Shown: piece after piece, positions 1-5,998 of the stretch
Position numbering within the stretch: the stretch's first letter is position 1
Layout of the letters: each line of letters begins with the position of its first letter
Source: a virus
Length of the DNA stretch: 36,262 bases
Virus record (IMG/VR): IMGVR_UViG_3300045988_169357
Location: 1-36,262 of that record
Direction: 5' to 3' (one strand)
Translations under genes and position numbers: made by a program
The notes under the pieces: generated by a model
What the model saw: only the letters and a program-made list of their open reading frames with translations
Database searches by the model: none
Told to the model about the DNA's origin: nothing

Positions 1-119
1 AAGTTTGACAATATGGAAAGTGAAATTCAAAAAACAAAAGAAAAAGGAGAAAAGAAAGAAGTTATTAATTCTTATACAAAAGAAGAATATAAAAGTGTTT
101 TAGAACTATTAAAAAAAGA
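1..119. repeat. Terminal overlap (circular-assembly closure), identical to 36144-36262
   Basis: Base-by-base reading of both ends: aagtttgacaatatggaaag...aaaaaaaga is present at both. Confidence 0.95.
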
Positions 120-633
120 AGAGCCAGGCAAAAGAATTTTAATAGAAACTGCCTTAAAAAGTGGTCTTTCTAAGGAAGAATTGTTTGGGTTAAGATGGTC
201 AGATTTTGATGTAGAAAATAGTACTCTTTCCGTTAAAGTTGTTCGATTATATACAAAAGAAACTGGTATAATAGAAAAGCAACCCAAAGCTCATAGTCGT
301 ATTAGAACAATTTCAATACCTAATTCATTGTGTGAAGCATTAAAGTCTTTTAAAACTAAATTTGATAAGAATGAAGACTACATATTTAAGGACATAAATA
401 TAAATTCAATTGGATCTTGGTTTACAGATTTTCAAAAAAGAAACAATATACGAAAAATCAGATTTCATGATTTGAGGCATACTCATGCAACTTTGCTTTT
501 ATATAAAGGTGTAGATATAAAAACTATTTCTAAAAGATTAGGACATAGTAAAATAGGAATCACAATGGATACATATACAGATGTACTTAAAGAATTGGAT
601 TTATCCGCTTCTCAAAAAATGGATGAAATATAG
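1..633 (+). CDS. int: Tyrosine integrase, C-terminal catalytic part (continues 35649..36262 across the circular junction)
   Basis: The frame is open from nt 1. It contains FHDLRHTHATLLL and LGHSKIGITMDTYTD, the HxxR and catalytic Tyr region of tyrosine recombinases. Nt 1-119 duplicate 36144-36262. Confidence 0.9.
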   Translation, partial: KFDNMESEIQKTKEKGEKKEVINSYTKEEYKSVLELLKKEEPGKRILIETALKSGLSKEELFGLRWSDFDVENSTLSVKVVRLYTKETGIIEKQPKAHSRIRTISIPNSLCEALKSFKTKFDKNEDYIFKDININSIGSWFTDFQKRNNIRKIRFHDLRHTHATLLLYKGVDIKTISKRLGHSKIGITMDTYTDVLKELDLSASQKMDEI

Positions 634-637
634 AAAA

Positions 638-659
638 TTACACCAAAATTACACCAAAA
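638..659 (+). repeat. Two tandem TTACACCAAAA repeats, candidate integrase arm-type sites (left arm of attP)
   Basis: Exact 11-mers at 638-648 and 649-659, immediately after the int stop codon. Confidence 0.5.
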
Positions 660-668
660 CCTAAAAAT

Positions 669-700
669 AAACCGCTGATATATTGAAATATCAACGGTTT
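669..700 (+). terminator. Hairpin after int (aaaccgctgatat...atatcaacggttt)
   Basis: Stem of about 12 bp with one bulge and a short loop. The trailing T-run is weak. Confidence 0.45.
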
Positions 701-712
701 ATTAAATATAAA

Positions 713-732
713 TGGTGCGGATGAAGGGACTT
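713..732 (-). other. Candidate attP core resembling a tRNA 3' end
   Basis: The minus strand reads AAGTCCCTTCATCCGCACCA. This parses as part of a T-loop, a T-stem 3' half (CCCTT), a 7-nt acceptor strand (CATCCGC), a discriminator A and CCA. It lies between the two arm-repeat clusters next to int. Confidence 0.4.
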
Positions 733-802
733 TTGGTTTTTTTTAAAACATTAAAAAGTATTGCAAATACTGGCTTTTATTGTTTTGTACATTTGCTTAA
801 AA

Positions 803-854
803 TTGCACCAAAATGATTGTTTTACACCAAAATTGCACCAAAATCACACCAAAA
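803..854 (+). repeat. Four further T(T/C)(A/G)CACCAAAA repeats, candidate arm-type sites (right arm of attP)
   Basis: ttgcaccaaaa at 803-813, ttacaccaaaa at 822-832, ttgcaccaaaa at 833-843 and tcacaccaaaa at 844-854. All share the orientation of 638-659. Confidence 0.5.
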
Positions 855-981
855 AAGTAGTTATATATTTTTCTATAATTTTATTATTAATGTTATAATA
901 TTTACATATATTGTAATAGCAATTTAATACAATTTTATCAATATTTACTTTCTCAATTTCTTTCAACATTTCTTTTTCCAT
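844..981 (-). CDS. Small hypothetical protein (45 aa), below the ORF-track length cutoff
   Basis: ATG at 981 preceded by GGGAGGAATACAT (strong SD). Translates MEKEMLKEIEKVNIDKIVLNCYYNICKYYNINNKIIEKYITTFLV. No recognisable motif. Confidence 0.3.
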   Translation of the reverse strand: MEKEMLKEIEKVNIDKIVLNCYYNICKYYNINNKIIEKYITTFLV

Positions 982-994
982 ATGTATTCCTCCC

Positions 995-1023
995 TTGACA
1001 AATTTTGTAAGGAACTGTATACT
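995..1023 (+). promoter_or_regulatory. Near-consensus sigma-A-type promoter
   Basis: TTGACA (995-1000), a 17-nt spacer, then TATACT (1018-1023). Confidence 0.55.
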
Positions 1024-1029
1024 CTAACT

Positions 1030-1107
1030 GTTACATTTGTTTAGATTAGAGTAACAATCCTTGAGAGATAGATAAGTTCCAGTTGTCTATCTCTTTTCTT
1101 TTTTTAT
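1030..1107 (+). ncRNA. Candidate small RNA (about 75 nt) between the promoter and an intrinsic terminator
   Basis: No ORF or SD is present. There is a 5' hairpin tgttac(1029-1034)/gtaaca(1051-1056). The terminator stem is 1063-1072/1086-1095, followed by ttttcttttttt. Confidence 0.4.
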
Positions 1108-1117
1108 TATATTTTAA

Positions 1118-1149
1118 TGTCGAAAAAAGTCAAGAAAAATCGTTCGACA
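1118..1149. promoter_or_regulatory. Spo0A-box-like sites upstream of the XRE/Spo0E-like gene
   Basis: TGTCGAA at 1118-1124, a degenerate AGTCAAG at 1128-1134, and an inverted TTCGACA at 1143-1149. The 0A-box consensus is TGNCGAA. Confidence 0.45.
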
Positions 1150-1231
1150 CAAAGCGTTCTCTACCAGCTACATCTAGCACTTTTTTGAATAATTATATAA
1201 AATAATAAGATACTATTTTAAGAGGTATTTT

Positions 1232-1555
1232 ATGTTTATTTTTAGAATTAAAGAGGTTAGAGAAAAGAAAAATATGACTTTATATAAATTAGAAAAAGAA
1301 ACTGGTATTAGTAGAAGCTATTTACACGCATTAGAAAATAATAAAAAAAGCAATCCTTCCTTGGCTACAATGTATAAAATTTCTAATGTATTAGATGTAA
1401 ATATAAGAGATTTATTTTATGCTACAGCAGATATAAATAGTTTAAAAGAAGAAATGTATGCCAGGATAGATAAATATGGTTTAAATTCTCCTGAAGTTAT
1501 GGAAATAAGCCATGTAATAGATTTGTTAATCAATATTGAAATGCAAGAAAAATAA
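1232..1555 (+). CDS. XRE-family HTH protein with a Spo0E-like C-terminal helical domain
   Basis: The N-terminus LYKLEKETGISRSYLHALENNKKSNPSLATMYKISNVLDV looks like HTH_3. The C-terminus LKEEMYARIDKYGLNSPEVMEISHVIDLLIN resembles the Spo0E-family SQELDxLI region. SD AAGAGG precedes the ATG. Confidence 0.7.
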   Translation: MFIFRIKEVREKKNMTLYKLEKETGISRSYLHALENNKKSNPSLATMYKISNVLDVNIRDLFYATADINSLKEEMYARIDKYGLNSPEVMEISHVIDLLINIEMQEK

Positions 1556-1564
1556 TAGAAGAGC

Positions 1565-1768
1565 TTAATACTCTTCTATTTTATACAAATCTGTTAATTC
1601 TACATCTAATGCGTAAGCAATTTTAACTGCATTATTGAATTTTATATTAATATTCCCGTTTTCAAATTTTTCTAGTTCTTTTATGTCCACATCTGCTTTT
1701 TTTGATAGTTCTTCTAATGTAATTTTTTTGCTATCTCTTATTTCTTTAACATTAATTTTTACTTTCAT
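1565..1768 (-). CDS. Small XRE-family HTH regulator
   Basis: ITLEELSKKADVDIKELEKFENGNINIKFNNAVKIAYALDV is an HTH_3 pattern. SD GTAGGAGGA is present. Confidence 0.75.
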   Translation of the reverse strand: MKVKINVKEIRDSKKITLEELSKKADVDIKELEKFENGNINIKFNNAVKIAYALDVELTDLYKIEEY

Positions 1769-1868
1769 TTTTTATCCTCCTACATATATATATATTTCCC
1801 AATTATAAAAAAATATTTTGGCATAGCAATACATTTTAACAATAATATGTATACAACAGTAAAAGAGA

Positions 1869-2015
1869 CTAACTTGCGTTAATCTCTTTCATTTTTGCAT
1901 TTATTAATTTGTCCAGCTTTTTACTTTGTCTCAATATTATGCTATATTCTTTTTCTTCTGTAATTAATTTTTCTAGTCTTGCACGGTTGCGGATTATTAG
2001 CAAGTCTATACTCAT
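1869..2015 (-). CDS. Spo0E-family aspartyl-phosphate phosphatase-like protein (48 aa), absent from the ORF track
   Basis: ATG at 2015 with SD GAGGTG (2021-2026). Translates MSIDLLIIRNRARLEKLITEEKEYSIILRQSKKLDKLINAKMKEINAS. SKKLDKLI matches the Spo0E signature SQELDxLI. Confidence 0.65.
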   Translation of the reverse strand: MSIDLLIIRNRARLEKLITEEKEYSIILRQSKKLDKLINAKMKEINAS

Positions 2016-2056
2016 TTAATCACCTCTATTAATTATAGCATATTATGTTAATTATA

Positions 2057-2075
2057 TGTGTCGAAATTTGTCGAT
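2057..2075 (+). promoter_or_regulatory. Tandem Spo0A boxes upstream of the Spo0E-like ORF
   Basis: TGTCGAA (2059-2065), ATT, then TGTCGAT (2069-2075). The 18-nt block tgtgtcgaaatttgtcga is identical to 18245-18262. Confidence 0.55.
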
Positions 2076-2080
2076 AACTA

Positions 2081-2110
2081 AAAAAAAGACTAGTTTTGCT
2101 AGTCTTTTTT
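2081..2110. terminator. Bidirectional intrinsic terminator after doc
   Basis: The sequence reads aaaaaaa-GACTAG-ttttg-CTAGTC-tttttt. The doc stop codon sits in the stem. Confidence 0.6.
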
Positions 2111-2578
2111 ATATGTTTTATTAATAATTTTAAATAAATTTTTAAACTTACTCATTTTTGATATCCTTATATATGGTTTAATTTTTTCTGTTATTTGTGA
2201 AATTGAACTTTTTTGCTCAACTATTTCTTTAACTAAACTATATAGCTCTTCATTACTACCTCTAATTTTATATCCATTCATTTCTAGGAAAATAAGTGTA
2301 GATATTAGAGCTGTTCTTTTATTTCCGTCATAAAAAGGATGATTCATCGCTAATGATCTTAAATAACATGCTGCCTTATTTATTATATCTGGATACAAAT
2401 CTTGCCCACCAAAACTCTGTTGTGGCTCATATAATGCCGATTTAAATAAGTTTATGTCCTTTATTCCTCTCATTTCATCTTTGTAACGAACCTGGCCTCC
2501 ATATTCACAAAATTTTTCATCTATTACTACCATGTGAATAAAAATTACAAATTCAGGTGTTAAATATTCTACTTCCAT
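2099..2578 (-). CDS. doc: Doc (death-on-curing) / Fic-family toxin
   Basis: HPFYDGNKRTA matches the Doc variant of the Fic motif, HxFx(D/E)GN(G/K)R. A 1-nt TAATG overlap couples it to the upstream small gene. Confidence 0.85.
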   Translation of the reverse strand: MEVEYLTPEFVIFIHMVVIDEKFCEYGGQVRYKDEMRGIKDINLFKSALYEPQQSFGGQDLYPDIINKAACYLRSLAMNHPFYDGNKRTALISTLIFLEMNGYKIRGSNEELYSLVKEIVEQKSSISQITEKIKPYIRISKMSKFKNLFKIINKTYKKD

Positions 2579-2742
2579 TAATTCTTAGATAATTTTTTTA
2601 ATGCTTCTTTAAATCTTATTGCCATTTTTGTTGCCATCTTTTGTTGTTTAGGAGAAATGTTTTTTTGCCAGTCTTCACTTAATCCTAAATCTCTAACAAC
2701 ATATGATGGTATACTATTTAATCTTTTCATCGTCCTTGTCAT
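2578..2742 (-). CDS. AbrB/SpoVT-like antitoxin partner of Doc
   Basis: The likely start is the ATG at 2742, after GAAGGAGGAG. SIPSYVVRDLGL resembles the AbrB/MazE swapped-hairpin motif. It is translationally coupled to doc. Confidence 0.65.
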   Translation of the reverse strand: MTRTMKRLNSIPSYVVRDLGLSEDWQKNISPKQQKMATKMAIRFKEALKKLSKN

Positions 2743-3134
2743 AATTTCTCCTCCTTCTTTTTCCATTACACATCACCTCATATAAATATATTATTCACTA
2801 TGTTTCTAAATGTATTCATAATTAGTAATAATATAATTATATCATAATTTATTATAATGTGCAATTATGTCTACTTGTTGTAATAGATATTTAATATTAT
2901 ATATCATTCTTCGTTACAAATTGCAATGGTTTTATTTCAAAAAATAAAACACGCCTTACAATCGATTTTAAGCCGTTTTTATTTTTAATTAATATAGTTT
3001 TATACCTCTGTTTTAAGGAGGGTTGAGTTTTTTTTAATTTTTTAATTTTCTTTGAAAAAATTGTATATATACTTATTGAATATAAATGTCCCTAATGATA
3101 TATTCATTATATAATAAAAGAAAGGAGGTCACTA

Positions 3135-3473
3135 ATGAATAATCATGATGAAAAAATCCCACATTTTAAATTTGTGGAACTACAGTCAACATTTAAAAAA
3201 TTTTTTCCACCATTAAATAATCAACAATCATTCATATTATTTAATGAACATTTTAATGCTGATAGTTTTGAATATGAAAATGGTTCCCTTTATGAATCGA
3301 TTACTTATTTAATGAATCTTTGTAATGAATCTATTCGAACAAGCTTACAAAATGTATTAACTGATTACAATATTACGGAAAATAATTCATTATCTAATAT
3401 GGATATAAACACATTTAACAATTTAATAAACTCAATAGTTAATATTTCTTTAACAGAAGAAGAGGAGCAATAG
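3135..3473 (+). CDS. Hypothetical protein (moron, opposite orientation to its neighbours)
   Basis: SD AAAGGAGG at good spacing, and a promoter-like TTGAAT..TATATT upstream. No recognisable motif. Confidence 0.6.
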   Translation: MNNHDEKIPHFKFVELQSTFKKFFPPLNNQQSFILFNEHFNADSFEYENGSLYESITYLMNLCNESIRTSLQNVLTDYNITENNSLSNMDINTFNNLINSIVNISLTEEEEQ

Positions 3474-3489
3474 CTCCTTTTCCCCTGTT

Positions 3490-4842
3490 TTATTCTTCTT
3501 TACAATAATTTAAACATATCCAACCACTTGCTGTTTTGCCCCATTTTCCATTTATTTGCGTTACTGTACAAGTTACACCTTTTAAATATCCGTTGTAATA
3601 TTGATTTCCTAATCGTTTATTTTGAACTTTAGCATTAGATGTTAATTGTTTATATGTCTTTGCAGTGTAATTTGTTCCTGCTCCTGTCCTAACGTGTAAA
3701 TTTGCTGTTGTTTTATATGTTCCTGTTGTATAACCTTTAATTGTAATGTTAGAAATAGCTGTAGATGATAAATAGCTATTACTTACCCATCCTGTTGTCG
3801 GATTTGATATTCTACTCCAATTTCTGTTTGTTTCTACTACTTTTACTGCAGTACCTTTTTTCAGTGAACTTATCACAGAACCGTTTGGTGCATTTCTTAC
3901 ATTTAAATTGCTTGATTGTGTTGCTACATATCTAGTATATGTAGCTGTGGCCACATCTTTATCTGTTGAATTAGTTGTATTTACTGAGTTTTCATCATAT
4001 CCGTAACAAAAAAACTGTTTGTAATTTGCATATTTTTTAAAATTATCTACTGTTACATAAACAGTATTACCATTTACAGTTGCTTTTCCTCTTCTTGTAG
4101 ATGTATCAAATTTTCCAGAATACAAATATGGGTCATATATCTTAATTGTATCTCCATCAATTCCATATAAAACTATGTAATGTCCTCCACTTGTGAAAAG
4201 ACCATTTCCACAACTAGAAATTATATAATGATTATTTCTTAATAAGTTTAACATATTATCAAAATTAGATGTTTCAGTATAGTCAATATCAAATTCATCA
4301 GCCACTGCACGATATGCACTCCAATATGTTCCACTATTTGCTGAACGATATCCATTTGCTACAAATGTATCTGCTAATTCTGTTACTGATACATTACCAA
4401 CTATGCTGTCAATTATCATTGCAGCACTTGCCACACCACAACCACTTGTACCTATCGTTTGGCTTGAATTTCCGACTGATGTATATGGATAATATCTCCA
4501 CCTACTATCAATTTGAGAAATATATGTTAATTGAGGTTTGCTACCTATTTTTAAATTCCATTTGTTTGATTTGTCTCCATTATATGCAATCTCTCCTTGA
4601 AGTTCAAAAGACTCATTTTCAACCTCTTGTACTTCCAATTGTTTTTCTTCTTGTTCTGTTCCTTCCGGAATTTCTGTTGTAGATTGGTTATCTACAATAT
4701 TATCTACAGTATTTACAACAGTTTCCACAGAATCGCTAATTTCTTTTACATCTCGTTCACTATAGTTGACTCCAAAAATTGCACTTGACACAGCTAAAAT
4801 AATTGTTACTATTGCAGTTATAATCATTTTTCTTTTACTCAT
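3490..4842 (-). CDS. Endolysin: N-terminal membrane anchor, C39-like cysteine peptidase domain, and C-terminal SH3b-type repeats
   Basis: The TM segment is MIITAIVTIILAVSSAIFGV. Peptidase motifs are QIDSRWRYYPY..GTSGCGVASAAM and GGHYIVLYG. The SH3-like repeats are LNVRNAPNGSVISSLKKGT..WSRI and LHVRTGAGTNY..KWGK. It occupies the last position in the late operon. Confidence 0.8.
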   Translation of the reverse strand: MSKRKMIITAIVTIILAVSSAIFGVNYSERDVKEISDSVETVVNTVDNIVDNQSTTEIPEGTEQEEKQLEVQEVENESFELQGEIAYNGDKSNKWNLKIGSKPQLTYISQIDSRWRYYPYTSVGNSSQTIGTSGCGVASAAMIIDSIVGNVSVTELADTFVANGYRSANSGTYWSAYRAVADEFDIDYTETSNFDNMLNLLRNNHYIISSCGNGLFTSGGHYIVLYGIDGDTIKIYDPYLYSGKFDTSTRRGKATVNGNTVYVTVDNFKKYANYKQFFCYGYDENSVNTTNSTDKDVATATYTRYVATQSSNLNVRNAPNGSVISSLKKGTAVKVVETNRNWSRISNPTTGWVSNSYLSSTAISNITIKGYTTGTYKTTANLHVRTGAGTNYTAKTYKQLTSNAKVQNKRLGNQYYNGYLKGVTCTVTQINGKWGKTASGWICLNYCKEE

Positions 4843-4844
4843 AA

Positions 4845-5090
4845 CTATCCAACCCCCATCCCTATTTTTATAAATAATGCTATTATAGATATAATACTTG
4901 TTATACAGGCTCCTACAGTAGTTCTAAATAGCCATTTGTTATTGTCTTGTAATTTTGCTATTTCTTTTTGGTTTTGTGCAGAAGTAGTATATGCTACTTC
5001 TGCTTTTTCCTTAATGTTCTGATAATCATCTAATTTGCTTTCTATTACTGCTAATCTTGTTAAAACCTCTGTCTCGAAAGTCTTTTCCAT
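4845..5090 (-). CDS. xhlA: XhlA-like lysis-associated membrane protein (holin-position gene)
   Basis: A coiled N-terminus plus NNKWLFRTTVGACITSIISIIALFI, resembling PBSX XhlA. It lies directly upstream of the endolysin. Confidence 0.65.
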   Translation of the reverse strand: MEKTFETEVLTRLAVIESKLDDYQNIKEKAEVAYTTSAQNQKEIAKLQDNNKWLFRTTVGACITSIISIIALFIKIGMGVG

Positions 5091-5091
5091 A

Positions 5092-5760
5092 TTATTCAGC
5101 CTCGCTTTCTACAGTTTCTTCTTCTTCTTCTGCTGATTGTTCTACTAATTCGGAATTTTCTTCTTCTAAATCTGCTATTCTACTAGTAAAAGTTTCTACG
5201 TGTTTATTATAATCTGCAATTTTTTCTTCTGCATTAGAATTAAAAGCGTTAATTTTTTCTGTGGAATTGTTGTTAAATTCTGTTGTTTTTGTTTCTACAT
5301 TACTATTAAATGTATTTGTTTTTTCTTCAACATTTGCATCAAAACTATCAGCAATATCACTTATTTCGGTTTTCTTTTCTGTAGCATTGCTATTAAACTC
5401 ATCCGTCTTTTCTTTTGCATTAGTATTAAACTCCTCTGCTTTTGTTTCTGCATTGCTGTTATAATCTTCTATTGCTGTATTAGCTTGTTTTGCAAATTTT
5501 TCTGTTTCTTGTTTCATTTTGTTTGCCAATTCAACATTTTTGTTATACTGTTCTAATATGTTATCTTCTAATGTTTTTATTTTCTCTATATCGCCATTTA
5601 TACCTATAGACACATTGGTTATAGCTTGTAAATATTTCTCGTAAATATTTGCGTCTTCATCGGTATATTCTTTATTTGGCTCGTATTCTGCTGAAGATGT
5701 TATTATTGTTTTTGTAACTAGGTTTGTTGGGATTCTTTTTACTATTTTGTCTTTTTGCAC
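5092..5760 (-). CDS. Tail-fibre-associated coiled-coil protein with 11-residue repeats (probable C-terminal part of a frameshifted gene)
   Basis: The only available start is GTG, with no SD. The frame is +1 relative to 5672..5998. (F/Y)N(S/T/N)N repeats recur every 11 residues. Confidence 0.7.
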   Translation of the reverse strand: MQKDKIVKRIPTNLVTKTIITSSAEYEPNKEYTDEDANIYEKYLQAITNVSIGINGDIEKIKTLEDNILEQYNKNVELANKMKQETEKFAKQANTAIEDYNSNAETKAEEFNTNAKEKTDEFNSNATEKKTEISDIADSFDANVEEKTNTFNSNVETKTTEFNNNSTEKINAFNSNAEEKIADYNKHVETFTSRIADLEEENSELVEQSAEEEEETVESEAE

Positions 5761-5998
5761 TAAGAAACCGAACTACACCAATCTGGTATCTGCCATTTGG
5801 TAAGTTCGGTAATACTGTTTTATTATCTACTATTTGTTGCACATATACATCAAAATCATTTATGAATAACATTTTTTTAACTAGGTTGTCCCACTCTTCG
5901 GAGAAATCAATGTCTATGTTATACAGGTCTATTGCTTTCGCATACGTATTTTCTGTTTCTACTATTTCTAAATAGTCTTTTTTTACTTTAAACTGCAT
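5672..5998 (-). CDS. Tail-fibre-associated protein, N-terminal part
   Basis: ATGA start/stop overlap with the fibre gene. The last ~29 codons (SAKRQNSKKNPNKPSYKNN..) look out of frame. Confidence 0.65.
   Translation of the reverse strand: MQFKVKKDYLEIVETENTYAKAIDLYNIDIDFSEEWDNLVKKMLFINDFDVYVQQIVDNKTVLPNLPNGRYQIGVVRFLSAKRQNSKKNPNKPSYKNNNNIFSRIRAK

Noticed and set aside
72-287. Minus-strand 71-aa ORF inside int.
   Set aside because: It is antisense to a confident integrase coding region and has no SD.
844-1107. A type I toxin-antitoxin reading of the small ORF plus the divergent sRNA candidate.
   Set aside because: The 45-aa product is not a hydrophobic membrane peptide. The sRNA candidate also does not overlap the ORF or any mapped 5' UTR.
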